Source of the DNA: the human T2T-CHM13v2.0 reference genome, Homo sapiens
Length of the DNA: 64,000 bases
Reading direction: 5' to 3' (one strand)
NCBI RefSeq assembly: GCF_009914755.1
Contig: NC_060935.1
In this document: one piece after another, positions 1-12,981 of the stretch
How positions within the stretch are numbered: position 1 is the stretch's first letter
Layout of the letters: each line of letters opens with the position of its first letter
Translations under genes and position numbers: made by a program
The notes under the pieces: generated by a model
Told to the model about the DNA's origin: nothing
Databases searched by the model: none
The model's input: the letters and a program-made list of their open reading frames with translations, nothing else

Positions 1-783
1 TGTCTGCTCCCAGCAGATAAACGAGGAGCAGATGAACACAGGGATCTGTGAGATCTGGCGCAGTGTATTTTGTCTTATCGGTGCAGTGGAATGACAGAGC
101 ATATGGATGTTCAAATAAATATTCAGGGAAAGTAGCCAAGGGACCCAGGGAATTCCACAGGGCACGGGCTACAGAATTTCCAAAGGGTGTCTGACTAATT
201 GGGGTGGTGATATGTGATGTTGGCTCCTGTTATGGAAAAAGGTGTGTTGGTCCTGTAGTCGTGAGGGAAGGTGAGGGTTTACCCTTACCATCCCCACTTC
301 AAAATCAGTGTGAGCCCTCCTAGTGATTGTGTCCAGACAGCCTGGGGAACTGGCAGGAGACCCCTGAGCTTGATTCTGGAGTGCAGCCTTACTGCACTTG
401 ACACAGCTGTGGAGACACTTCAGATGACATCCAGAAGGAACTGGTTGGGTCACCATTTCTGTGAATCCCAGGATGTTGCTGTTTTGGAGCAGGATCATAA
501 GTCTTCTCAAGGGGTTGGAAACATTTAGTGCAGAGATCACCCAGAATCTCCCAGGGCACCTTGCACTCTCTGAGGGGAAATAGCTATTCCATAGGAGAAT
601 GGTCTGGGCCGTGTCTCTCTCTGGCTGCACATGGCCCTGGCTGTTGGTGGCACAAGTTCTCAAACTCCACACAACCTCCTCCCTTCACTCTTTCTTAAAG
701 TCAGTTGGGAAGCCTATTTTTGAATGGAAGATCTGGGTTTCATTCTTGAACATTGGAATGTACGTTTGAACTGAACTTTGTGG

Positions 784-806
784 GTTTTTTTTTGTTTTTT
801 GTTTTG

Positions 807-837
<31 letters not shown>
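784..837 (+). repeat. (GTTTT)n tract serving as the polypyrimidine tract of the first exon in the window
   Basis: Seen directly. Confidence 0.9.
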
Positions 838-840
838 CAG

Positions 841-915
841 TTTCTCTGCAGGTGGATATTGTTCCCAGCCAGGGGGAGATCAGCGTTGGAGAGTCCAAAT
901 TCTTCTTATGCCAAG
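841..915 (+). CDS. NCAM1: NCAM1 exon, Ig1 N-half (VSLQVDIVPSQGEISVGESKFFLCQ), 75 nt
   Basis: Acceptor ttttcag|TTTCTC. Donor AAG|gcaagt (GC donor). Frame continues into 2748. Confidence 0.97.
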
Positions 916-2747
916 GCAAGTGCCTAGTGCTCAGCTGCATTTTAGAACTTGCTTCAGAAACTCACTGGGTAGAGCAGGAGCCCTCAGGCCATGTGAGCTG
1001 GCTGGTCAAGCCACACCTAGAATTCTTGGCATTGCTCTATTACAGGGTCAATAGTATGGCCATTTAAGAGCCAGGGCCTCTTCCTTCCTTTTGCAAAAAG
1101 CTGCCTCAACATAGCAAATCTGTCATCTAGACTTCACCTTGACTACAGAGGAAGTCTAGGAGTTTTCTTAGAAAAATCAGCACAACTTCCAGAATAGTGA
1201 ATCATCCCCCATCTCCTATTCTGTATACATTCAGAGTTCTGTAAATGACAATGGAGAACAGCACTGGCTCAGAAACAATACTTCGGTGGATCTGTTTAAG
1301 GCTTATTTCTTAGAATTCCCCAGAGCTTGAAAATCTAAGTCTAAAACTTGCCTGTAGGTAAATAGAATACTGGTATGGCTTTTGTTGTGAGGACATATAT
1401 CCTGGGTTTACCAGGTCTATTGTGAATATCGATATTCTGTGCCATGGTCCCCACCAGAGCTCTGAGATATGCCAGACCTGGTGACCTTGTTTTACATTTA
1501 GAAAACATGCCCCATTTCCACAGCCCAGATAATTGCCAGAAAATGTCCTGTGGAGGAAAAGGTTTCAAATTAAGCCTCAGATTCTCTGTATATGACATGA
1601 CTGGGATTCAGAACATGGAAGAACCAGGAAAGAGCTGAGCTAGGTGTAAATGGTGACATTTAGCAAGCAGCTTTTGGCAGGGAGGGGCCTTTAAATGCTG
1701 TCATGATTTGCGTGGACGAGGTGGCTTGTGGCCGTCGGATGTGTTCACTCCAGCTTTGCCTTCATTACAGCAATTTCAATGATCTGGAGACGCAGCCGTG
1801 GAGCCCACAGCACATCTTGCAAATAGCGATATTTATTGAAAACATGATGGGCCCTGAAAGGAAGACTGCTTCATTTCCATACTAAGCATCTGTGCAGGGC
1901 TGGGTGGTGCAGGCTGAGAAGGGCGCCACGCGAAGAGGCAGGGGCCCATGCAAACAGGCAGGGCGCCGCCACATCCGCCGGATCTGAGCGCCCTTCCAGC
2001 TCAGTGTCCTGGGCAGTTTCAGTGTCAGAGCCCTGTTCCAGCTCAGTGCCGGGGGCAGCTCAGCCACCACAGTCTGTTCCTCCTCATTGCTGCCTGGGGA
2101 AAGGAAGAATGGGTGGTTCTGGCTACCTTCTTTGCAGCATGCAAGGAAATGAATTTGTCTGAGCAGGGAGTGACGAAATGACAGTCATGCCAGTTTGTGC
2201 AGGCAGATGCTAGAATAAATGTGGCTGGAAAAAATGAAATAAAAAGTGGTTGGAATCTGCACTCCTATACTAGCCAGTATTTCTCGCCTTCATCTCAGGA
2301 GACCCATTATCCAAGGCTTCAAAAACAAGCTGATCAGTAGACTCAGACCAGTTAGGCTCTGGCGCCCGAATCCTAAATACACTAATTCCCTTGGTTACCC
2401 GTTGTGTGAGGCATGTGTGTTCCTAGCTTAGTGCCCAGCACACAGTATGTTCTCAACAAGTATCTCTTCTCTTCCATCATTAGGGATAGGACCATGATAA
2501 CAACTAGTACAAGTGGTTGTTGAGTTCTTTCCAAATATTGTAAGAGGTGTTAAGTATATAATAGTTAAATGCAGAGGCCAAAGAAGGGCTGCATGTCATT
2601 CCAGCAGCCATACTCACCCCTCCCTGATGTTCAAGCCTTGACTGATCTGTTGTTCAGTAACTCTTACTGATCAGCCACTGTCAGTCTGGAGGGGACTTAT
2701 TAGTCTTTTCGACTTCAGTAGCTTAAAAATAATCTCTTCCTCTTTAG

Positions 2748-2966
2748 TGGCAGGAGATGCCAAAGATAAAGACATCTCCTGGTTCTCCCCCAATGGAGAA
2801 AAGCTCACCCCAAACCAGCAGCGGATCTCAGTGGTGTGGAATGATGATTCCTCCTCCACCCTCACCATCTATAACGCCAACATCGACGACGCCGGCATTT
2901 ACAAGTGTGTGGTTACAGGCGAGGATGGCAGTGAGTCAGAGGCCACCGTCAACGTGAAGATCTTTC
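2748..2966 (+). CDS. NCAM1: NCAM1 exon, Ig1 C-half (VAGDAKDKDISWFS...ATVNVKIF), 219 nt
   Basis: tctttag|TGGCAG ... TTTC|gtaaga; ORF 2747..3046. Confidence 0.98.
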
Positions 2967-3984
2967 GTAAGAGCCTCCTTCTTCTTCTGCATTCTCTGGC
3001 CTCTCCTTGCCAAGGAGACATGTGGGTAGTGGAAAGGTGGAAATGATGACAGAAGGACCAGCTGAGGGCCTAACCAGTCCCATTCTCTCTCCCTAAGTCT
3101 TTTCTGACCTTGGCCAACCCAGAACTCACAACCCTGGTTCACACTGGTCACAGCTACTCCCCCACAGGCGTTCATTCTCAAAATTCAAATTACATAGTTC
3201 CCAGAGGGCTATTACGGGTTTCTCTATCCCTTCCCCAAATGTTGGCTGACTGTTCTGCAATTTGGGCTCCTCTCCCTTCTTATTTCCCTCTCCCCTGCTG
3301 GTAATGGAGCCCAGGGCTCAGTGGGGTGGGGGATCATTATCTGAACACTCTCTGCCACTCAGAGCAGGCAGTTCCTATTGCCTCTGAAACCCCATCTGTA
3401 GGTGGCATCTCGTTACCTTGTTATTTATATCATGCATCCATCCCAGTGGTTGGAGTAATGGTGGGTGACAGCTAATGGAACAGTATTGATTGCACGGTAT
3501 TTATTGCCATTAAATGTGCTTTTTTCCTGTTCTTTTCATCAGCATTCTGTCTGCCGTAGGAAAGTTGGGGTGGGACTGGGAGTAGCAGTTCGAGTGGGAG
3601 ACAAGAAAAGGACTGATGATTCTTACTATTCGTTGTGGAATGGATGTTCCACCAGTTCATTCTACCTATAACCTGTGCTTCACTGGCATCATCCTGCATG
3701 ACAAGGAACCCTTGGTGAAGATATTCCTTTCATTCTGTAGACCCTTTTCTGCACAAAATGTGATAAATTTAGCACTCAATGAGCAGATATTGGTTGCCAA
3801 GCATTGGTAACCTATGCTTGGGCCAGCTGCTCTGCCTGACGTCTCTGAGGGTGCCCCTCTTATACAACTGTACATCAGGATCGAGACTTGCCCAGGACTC
3901 AAGTCCAGGTACCATGGCTCTAGTGAAAGGGGTTCTTTGTGAGAGAAGCAGCTGTTTTCCCTCACTCTTCTGTTCATCTTCCAG

Positions 3985-4128
3985 AGAAGCTCATGTTCAA
4001 GAATGCGCCAACCCCACAGGAGTTCCGGGAGGGGGAAGATGCCGTGATTGTGTGTGATGTGGTCAGCTCCCTCCCACCAACCATCATCTGGAAACACAAA
4101 GGCCGAGATGTCATCCTGAAAAAAGATG
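3985..4128 (+). CDS. NCAM1: NCAM1 exon, Ig2 N-half (QKLMFKNAPT...WKHKGRDVILKKD; basic heparin-binding segment), 144 nt
   Basis: cttccag|AGAAGC ... GATG|gtgaga; ORF 3939..4139. Confidence 0.98.
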
Positions 4129-4504
4129 GTGAGACCTGAATTTCCTGGCATCTGCCTTTTCCCCAGGCCACCAAGTTCCCTAGCTTTTTCACCTGTACTG
4201 AGGCATTCCAGTCCAAACTCCAATTCATGTGTGCCCGAACCCTCATGTGGTTTCTGGGTCCTGAATAGATGCATATCTGAAGTTGGTATACTTAGGTACC
4301 TGATTTTCTCTCCAGTACGAAAGACAAATTTCTAATAGACATTTACTCTTGGCTGTATTTCAAAGCCAGGGACGCATTTTCTTATTTGGGCTTAAAACCC
4401 CACCCTATGATACTGAAGTTAGGAAAAAGGAAAGAGACTCAGCCACCTGCCTGCAGATGCTCTCTGACTGATTCTTGGATGAACCTGCCTCTTATCTCTT
4501 CTAG

Positions 4505-4642
4505 TCCGATTCATAGTCCTGTCCAACAACTACCTGCAGATCCGGGGCATCAAGAAAACAGATGAGGGCACTTATCGCTGTGAGGGCAGAATCCTGGCAC
4601 GGGGGGAGATCAACTTCAAGGACATTCAGGTCATTGTGAATG
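4505..4642 (+). CDS. NCAM1: NCAM1 exon, Ig2 C-half ([46 protein letters not shown]), 138 nt
   Basis: cttctag|TCCGAT ... AATG|gtgagg; translated by hand. Confidence 0.98.
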
Positions 4643-5722
4643 GTGAGGAGAGTCCGTTCTTCCTGATCTCTGCATTGCTACAACCTTGGTTCTCCAAAAT
4701 CATTCTCTTTAACTTCCTCTTCGGTCTGTAAATTAAATCCTGTCCTGACTCAATCATCCGTCTGAGCTAAATCCCCTCCCCACCGTAACATCTAGATTTC
4801 TTTTTTTTTTTTTTTTTAATATACTTGCCTGTTGGATCTTCCTTCAACTACGAGGGATTTTAGTGCAGCAACTGAATGTCCTTCACCGTTCTGCAGCACT
4901 AAAAACTTTCCCCCTGCTTACCTATTAATCCTCATTGTCCTTGATGTTACCATAATTGTGAAGTTATTCCGCTGCTTAAATGTTCAAAGAAAGTATTAAG
5001 TCAACTCAGGCCTCAGAATAGTCAGAATCATGGTCCATAGGCTTGTTAATCTTAACTTGCAGTGTCAAATAAACACACCCATGGAATTGATCTGACATTT
5101 ACAAGATGTTTACAGGAAATTATAATGTCAGTACTAAGAAAATAAGTAAATCAGGGTTGAATTGTTTTGACTATTGACACATATTTTTTTTGCCAAACTC
5201 TCCCCATCTCATTCCTTTGGTAAAAAACAGTTTTGTACAAGGTTGTTTATCACAGTCCCAGAGAAATGGCACTCTTTGTTGTAGCTGATGCATTCGAATT
5301 GGTGTTAACCATTTAACCACTGGGAGCAGTAATGTCCAACTTTTTCCAGTACAAAGAGCTCCTTTTTAACATCAAGTTTCACTGAACCTGGTAGTTATTA
5401 AGTTTAGTATGCATTGACTGAGAAAATACATAATGAAGAATAGTGACTATAAATTGAATACCATCTTAACATGCATAAAATGTATTACTATAGCTTCTCA
5501 ATTAATGAAAAACAAAAATGCATGTTTGTAGAACTGTCTATTCAGTTTGCAGAAGTTATTTAGTACATACATGAATTTCAATTCCTGACACTAACTCTGT
5601 AGCTGCACACGACGTTTGTCCCACAGGCTGAGAACTCCTGACCTGGAGTGGTGTCTCTTCTCCAGGCCATTGGGTTCTTCCAAATTTTCACAACCACCCC
5701 ATGACACCCTTTTTTCCTTCAG

Positions 5723-5840
5723 TGCCACCTACCATCCAGGCCAGGCAGAATATTGTGAATGCCACCGCCAACCTCGGCCAGTCCGTCACCCTGGTGTGCG
5801 ATGCCGAAGGCTTCCCAGAGCCCACCATGAGCTGGACAAA
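5723..5840 (+). CDS. NCAM1: NCAM1 exon, Ig3 N-half (VPPTIQARQNIVNATANLGQSVTLVCDAEGFPEPTMSWTK), 118 nt
   Basis: ccttcag|TGCCAC ... ACAAA|gtaaga. Confidence 0.98.
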
Positions 5841-6294
5841 GTAAGAAACTGGCTCATACCTTTTATCATGGACTAGAGGAGAATGGGGCATCACAAAGTC
5901 TGCTCCATGTTAGTGTCTGCGTGGAATGGATGTGGGCTTCTTAGGAATATTAACCCCAGGAGAAGAATGGACTCTTTTCTATAAGATTCTCTTGCTTGTG
6001 CATTGATTATTCCTTCAATTTCAGCCTTGTGGGGGCAGAGTCAGAGCCAGAGGGTGTGGTCTTGGGAGCCCACTTTGAAACATTTGTGGGTACAGTTGCA
6101 GCCCTTGGATAGTCAGAGGATGGAATAGAGGAATAAGAGGTGTATGTGGACGTTCAACTTGGTGCCTTAACTTTTTGTGAAGACTGAGGAGTCTTTCCCA
6201 TTGACTCAGTCTGCATTCTATGGAACCTAATTAAAAATAAACGTCTTATTTCTGTGGTCGAAATCATGCTACTTTGCATTTCTACATGCTCTAG

Positions 6295-6464
6295 GGATGG
6301 GGAACAGATAGAGCAAGAGGAAGACGATGAGAAGTACATCTTCAGCGACGATAGTTCCCAGCTGACCATCAAAAAGGTGGATAAGAACGACGAGGCTGAG
6401 TACATCTGCATTGCTGAGAACAAGGCTGGCGAGCAGGATGCGACCATCCACCTCAAAGTCTTTG
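6295..6464 (+). CDS. NCAM1: NCAM1 exon, Ig3 C-half (DGEQIEQEEDDEKYIFSDD...ATIHLKVF), 170 nt
   Basis: ctctag|GGATGG ... TTTG|gtaggg; ORF 6254..6661. Confidence 0.98.
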
Positions 6465-6584
6465 GTAGGGGCAGTGGGGGCCCAGGTCACTGCTCTGCCA
6501 CAATTCCCCTTCCTCTGCACATTCAGTCCATCAGTAAGACCCTGGCCACTGTCCCTCAGAACATAACCCAATGCAACCATTTCT

Positions 6585-7340
6585 TGCCAGTTCCACCACC
6601 TAGTCCAAGCCCTAGTCCAAGCCACCATCATCCTCACCTGAGCAGTGGGACGGTCTCATAGCTGGCCTCCCCGACTCTCCCTATTGGTCCACTTCATTCA
6701 CTTCTGCTCACAGTAGTCAGAATGACCTAAGTACCACTCATCTGTTTGAAAGCCTCCAGTGGCTCCCTATGGCAACCAGAATAAAATTCAGACTCCCTGC
6801 AATGGCCTACAAGACCAGAGATGAACTAGCTCCTGCCTTCTTCTCCAGCCTCATCTTTCTTTCGCTTTGCTGCACATGCAAAGTTCTCCAACCACACAGG
6901 CCTTCTTCATGTCCCTCAGACATACCAAGCTTGTTCTTCATCTCAGGATCACTGCCCTAGGTTTCTCTTCTGCTTGGAATATCTTTCCCTCTGATCCACT
7001 CTGAGCTGCCTTCTTCTGATCCACCATTCAGATCTTAACTCAAACTCACCTTCTCAGCGGCGCCTTCCTTCACTGCCCTGGCTAATTCAACTCCCTCTGC
7101 ACTGCGACCACCCCCACCCACCTCCACTCATCTCTCTCTCGTGACTCTTACTGTATCTTCTTTGCTGTACTTAACAGTACCTGAACAGATGTCATTTGCA
7201 TATTTGTTTTGGGGATTGTCTGTCTCCTACCTCTACTAGTGTGTAAACTTCAAGATAGCATAACCCTGGCTGTCATACACGGCGTTATCCCTGTGACTCC
7301 AAACAGTGCCAGACTTGGCATAGGCCCTTGGTAACTTTAG
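6585..7340 (+). mobile_element. L2 fragment
   Basis: L2-like text (caagccaccatcatcctcacctg, cctccagtggctccc, agaataaaattcagactcc); boundaries approximate. Confidence 0.6.
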
Positions 7341-8669
7341 TGGTCGATGGGCTGGCTGCTTTGCCTTGTTTGCCTCCTTCCCTGACCTGTGCAAAACAGT
7401 GTCATGGAAGAGCCCCCACATCCCTGCTCACTTCATCTTCATAAACTCAGGAAACTTCCATTCATTTCAGAACTGAAAAGCATTTTGACCTGATCTTGAA
7501 AAAAGAATTGGTTGCAGAGAAACGTTTAACCTAATGGCCCTCAAGTCTCTCCGCGTGTCTGTTTAGAAAACACAGATAAACTGGTCTACTGTAGACAGCA
7601 CTGGGGAAGTGCCAGTCTGAGGCGCAGCTCTGGTGCATGGAGCCCCCAGGTCATTAAAATGTGCACCTGGGAATCAGGGTTGGGACCTGCTTATCCAGCC
7701 TGATAAGGAGAACTGTTCATAAACACAGACCTTTGAAAATCAAGACTTTATATGCAAATGTCCTGCTAGTTATTCAGTAGTAAACAGCTGGGTTTAGAAA
7801 CAGGCTATCAGTTAGGTTCAAGTTAACCGTATGTATTTGAGAGAGAAAGCTAAACTTCATGAAAAATATTCTTGAAAGTCTTTTCTTGAATTCAGACTGA
7901 TCTTCCCCAATCACTATGGTTTTAGTAAGTTTTTCCATATTGTAGAAAAAGATAGATGCATTTGTTAATTAATCCCTTCATTTAATAAATACGTATGGAT
8001 CACCATTGTTGCTGGACAGAGGGGCTACAGAGATGAATAGGATGTGATCCCTTGACCCTGGGAAGCACAAAGAGGGAGATAAATGGATAAACATAAATGT
8101 TATAATAGTGTCAGTCAGCAACATTTGAGTGACTGCTGTGGACTCAGTCATTGCCAAGTTTACAAGATGAATAACATGGACTCTGTTCTCATCAGTAGAT
8201 TCACAAGCTAATGTAGATAGTCAACGCTGGAATTTGAAATGACAACACATTATTATGGCTGCAAAATAGCAATATGCACAGTGTTTTATAGGAAACAAGT
8301 TCTCTGGTCCTGTGTGATGTAAGTTAGAGAAGTCATTAAAATGTACTATTTCATAAGTAGGAATTACCCAGCTGAAGGAGTGGATGAGAATTTTAGGCAG
8401 CCTGGGCACAGGCACAGAGGCAGGAAAAGCACAGGCTATGCTGAATGGGAGCTTCTTGTGGACAGGGGCTGTGTCTGTTTTACTCACAGATAGATCCCCA
8501 GCACCCACATGCATTAGGCACTAGATTGAATAAATGAAGGAACTGTCATTAGTTCTATATGATGAAGCAAACATACATATGTGGCAGGGAGATAAGCCTG
8601 GAAACACGATCATCACCTGTCTCTAGGAAATTATTTTAGACTTTAACTCCATAAAGTAGTAATAATAAT

Positions 8670-8880
8670 AATATCAAACACAAGCAGAACACCTATAATG
8701 TGCCAAGCATTCTGTGAAGTGCTATCTGTAAGTTAACTCTTTTAATCCTCATCACGCCCCTATGATGTAGATTTTATTATTATCCCCATTTTACAAAGGA
8801 GGAACCTGATCACAGAGGGATGAGGTGCCTCTGGATTCAAACCGAGGCAGGTGGCTCCTAAGTCCCTTCTCTAATCTAAC
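8670..8880 (-). mobile_element. MIR
   Basis: tttaatcctcat...ttattatccccattttacaaaggaggaacctga core. Confidence 0.65.
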
Positions 8881-9234
8881 AATGATGGTTGTTAATTCCA
8901 GGAAACCCAACAGGACACAAATTGTATCTGAATTATGTGGGAGTGTCTGGCAATACTAGAATCAGTGCACTCTGCCTGCATCACCAGGTAGCTCATGGTT
9001 TCTCTGAAAAGCAACTCAGCCCTGACTTGGCTGGGCATGAACAGATCTCGGCTTCTCTTCCAGACCTCTCTGGTGGTGATGGCTGCCCCGGAGTAGTGAG
9101 TGCAGGGCCATGTGGGACCGTGGTAGAGGGAAGAGAGTGGGTCAGGTCGACGGGAGGAGGTCAAAAGGCAGAAACTGCCAAGACAAGATTTGTCTTCCCA
9201 CCCACACCTTGGACACATACACCCCTCTTCATCA

Positions 9235-9238
<4 letters not shown>

Positions 9239-9292
<54 letters not shown>
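9239..9292 (+). repeat. (CA)27 microsatellite
   Basis: Seen directly. Confidence 0.95.
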
Positions 9293-9295
<3 letters not shown>

Positions 9296-11889
9296 TTCAC
9301 AATTTCTTTCCCGAAACTGCAGCTGGAAGAATAGGGAGCATAGTGGGGCAAACAGAGAAGAGGTGGCCAGGTTCCTGAAGAGACAGGGCAGGAATCATAG
9401 ATTTGTAGAGACTGAGTCCACACAGAATGGGAATCCTCCCCTGTCATAGTCTGCGGAGCGTTCATGCAGCCTCCCTGAAGGAACCTGGTGCCTCTTCTCC
9501 ACCACCTTTTCCCATCCATCTTCCCTTCTCATCCTCCTTTCTCTCCTCCTCCACTGGCCTTCCCATTGGTTGAGGAAACTGATATAGGGTTAGGGAGCCA
9601 CCTGGGGAGGGACCAGCTGATTAGGGCTCCTTCTCCTTCCACTCTTTTATTTCCTTTCCAGCCCCTTCCAACTTGCCATTGTGGCCCATCACTGGGGGAG
9701 AAATGGGACAGGTTCTGCAAGTGGGAGTAGAGTCTACAGCAGTGAGGTAGAAAAGGGAGGAAACCTGTAGCTTAGATAGTAAAGAAAAGCCCAGAAGTCC
9801 TGTGGCCTCAAGAAGGAATGTCCATCAGTATGTATGGGACATATCTCAATTAGAGACTTTATGACATCATTTGTATCTAAGTGGCATCATTCTTTCCTCA
9901 GAAAAAGACATGTTCTAGCACATGTTGCCTTAGTTATTAGCTAGATGCTCCTTTTACTAAGTAGATGCATCCTATCATCCTTTAAATTTGGCAGTGAATT
10001 CTCATTACTGTTGTCCCTACACGTGCCCCTGAAGAAGTTTTGTCTCTATTGATTCTTGTGATGCTCATGTACATGCTCTTGAGGTCTCATGCTGCTGTGG
10101 CTGAGGAAAGTTCTCCAGTGGCCAGGAGCCCTGTGTCTCAAGCAGCCCCTGAGGGTTACAGCTAAGGACAAGCAGTGGCCTGAAAGAAGGTGCATCTGGT
10201 CATGCCCCATAGCATAGTGTCCAACCTCTTTGTTCAGGGATGCAGGGGCCTCGGGGCTCTTCTTTGGCTAGGGTTGTAGGAGCATGGACTGGAGTTGGAG
10301 TAGACAAGGCTGCCTCTTAGTGGCAAGCATTCTTGGAAAACTCACAGGAGGAAATATGGGGAAAGGTGCAGTGGAACAGTCTGAGGCACTAAGGCCCATG
10401 GAGGCAGGTGGAGAATAGAACAGGGATCCAAAAGCCAAGAACTCATAAGAGAGGTTAATTAATAGAGGGCAGGGGGTGTAGGAAGATGAAACCCAGAGAG
10501 ATCCCTCTAGATGCTGGAAGGCAGAGGGAGGGAATCTTTTCAGTAGGGTGACCCAGCATCTGTCCCTGTTTGCCTACTAATGCCCTTTGTCCTGGTGTAA
10601 TTATTTAGAGCCTCTCATGTCACTCTCAAGAGAGTCCCAATTTAGACAATAAATTATGCATATCACTGTCTTGTTCTAAGGTGGCATCTGAGCTTTCTGA
10701 GTTAGTTCTGACCGTACTGCTTCTAGAGTAATAGAGAATTAAATTATCAGTGGGAAGCTTCCCTTCCTTCCCACAGCACTCTGTAGACTATACAAAATTA
10801 GCCATAATCATGTTTTAATAAGAATATGGTTTGCCTTTTTTCTAAGGAGTCACACAATGCACCTTCTGTAGCCATCTGGGAAATGGAGCCTCCAAGGCCA
10901 AATATTAATAGATGGCAACTGACCCTTGCCTGTCTTCTGTTAACCTTCGGCTGCCATGACAAAGTACCGCAGGTCAGGAGAAGGTCAGCAAAACGCTGTC
11001 CAGATCTCAGAGTCTGACAAGATTTTAAGGGGCCCCAAATTCAGCCTTCCTGGGATTGTCTCCAGACCTCAAAACAACTGTTGAGTTTAGCGAATTCAGT
11101 TGTATGGCCACATTTTTTTTAAATTTTTTATTCTGTGACTTTTACAATATAGAGATTCAGCTCTTACTTTACCTTTCTTTTATTTTATTAACCTTTTTGT
11201 TTTTCATGTTTATTTTACCTTTATTTTACTTTGCCCTCTAAAACTTCCCTTTCAATGGCACTTGGCACATATTCCTTCCAATACGAGTTGTAATATTCTC
11301 AAAAATCGTACTTATTAAGGAAAACACAATAGGGAAACCTATGAGGTTTAACCTCATTCATGTGGACTCCATCAACTGAAATCTATGAACATTTGGCCAG
11401 ATTGGATTGAGATGTGCCTATGTGCTATCCATCAAAAAAGGATTTGCTAAACAGGCTGTCAGTATGCATTACCTTTAGGCAAATATTTGAACTATATGGA
11501 TGATTTTATGTAGAAGCAGGCATTTGTAACAAAAGTATATAGTTCTATTATTGTTTTCTGTTTATTAAAACAGCATCAAAGACCTCAACATGGAGAAGAT
11601 ATATAGGCAGTTGTTTATTTGCCTACTTAGGGTTACTGTATGAATTTGAATATAAAGCACATGTAGTCTTTCAAAAACTAGCTATCATTCTCTTGGGGTT
11701 TTTTGGTTCATTTGTTTGTTTCCCTAGCCTGACCTTTTCCTATATTCATGAAATAAGTCACATTTGTGCAGTGTTATCTTTTCTCTTCCACACAAAGTTC
11801 AGCAATTTCAGAGCATAATTGTTTTAAATTGGGAAAATTCAATTTTCTCTAATGTTTTAACATTTAACTTAGCTTTGGAATGCTTGTGT

Positions 11890-12760
11890 TTTCTTGCATT
11901 ACCCAAAACATTTGGAAAATGAACTCATCTCAACTCATCTCCTTCCCATCCTGAGCCCACCCCAGAGCCCCCATCCAGTTCCTTGCCTGATTTCTTCATT
12001 TGAGTTAATGCTAACACCCTTCTCCCAGTCGTTGAGACTCCAAGTCACCTGGACTCCTTCTTATTGCTTCTTTTGGTTCTTCTCACCCCTCCTTGCCCTC
12101 TGTTCAGTTGCCACTTATTGAACCTTCCTCCAGCATCTGTCTCAAAGCTTCTCTTTGCTGTTTCCCCTCAAACAACCTTGTTCAGAATCCAACATTACCG
12201 CACATCTGGGTCATTGCCAGGGCTTCCAAACTGGTTTTCCCACTTCAAAGTGTTCTCTAGTCCAATGCTTCCTGAAATGTCCCTAGATTAACCTTCTTGA
12301 AATACAAATGCTTTTGTGCCCCTGACTAAATGCTGTCTGTGGGCCTCCACCAGGCACCAGGTAAAATTCCAGCCATCCAGCCTCACCTTCCTGTGCCTCA
12401 TGCCACACTGTTCTCTTCCCAGCCATCTCTTCATATGTTTTTGCTTCTTTGCTTTTATTCAGTCAGTTTCCTACACTTCAAATGACTCCATCTCCACCCT
12501 AGAGTTCCACCTCCTGAAAATCTCATGGTCCAGCCCCAAAGCCGTTTCCTCTCGAAGGCTCCATCCAGGGAGCGATCTTCCGCCATGTCCTGCCTCCTGC
12601 ATTCCTTGCCCTTATCACTTTTACTCTATAGGATATTTCTGATTATTATGGTTTCCGTGTTGTCACATGCCTACATCATTGTAAGCCTTGGAGAGTCAGG
12701 TCTGCATCTCCTAAAACACCTAGACTAGGGTCTTGTACTTAGCAGACAGCTAACCTTTGT
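11890..12760 (+). mobile_element. Degenerate L2 fragment
   Basis: Pyrimidine-rich L2-like motifs; boundaries approximate. Confidence 0.45.
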
Positions 12761-12838
12761 TGGATAGGTGCATGCCATCATTTAAACCCAGAAAGCTCAA
12801 TAATTAGATAAACTCAGAGAAATGTTTTGTCTTTTCAG

Positions 12839-12981
12839 CAAAACCCAAAATCACATATGTAGAGAACCAGACTGCCATGGAATTAGAGGAGCAGGTCACT
12901 CTTACCTGTGAAGCCTCCGGAGACCCCATTCCCTCCATCACCTGGAGGACTTCTACCCGGAACATCAGCAGCGAAGAAAAG
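12839..12981 (+). CDS. NCAM1: NCAM1 exon, Ig4 N-half (AKPKITYVENQTAMELEEQVTLTCEASGDPIPSITWRTSTRNISSEEK), 143 nt
   Basis: cttttcag|CAAAAC ... AAG|gtatca; ORF 12877..13164. Confidence 0.98.

Noticed and set aside
1900-2070. Small GC/CpG-rich patch as an internal promoter or REST/CTCF site
   Set aside because: Too short for a CpG island, and motif matches are poor.
3666-4274. 202-aa minus-strand ORF (similar ones at 6269 and 29951)
   Set aside because: Antisense shadows of NCAM1 coding exons.
8889-9519. ORFs with (HT)n or (CV)n repeats
   Set aside because: Translation of the (CA)27 microsatellite.
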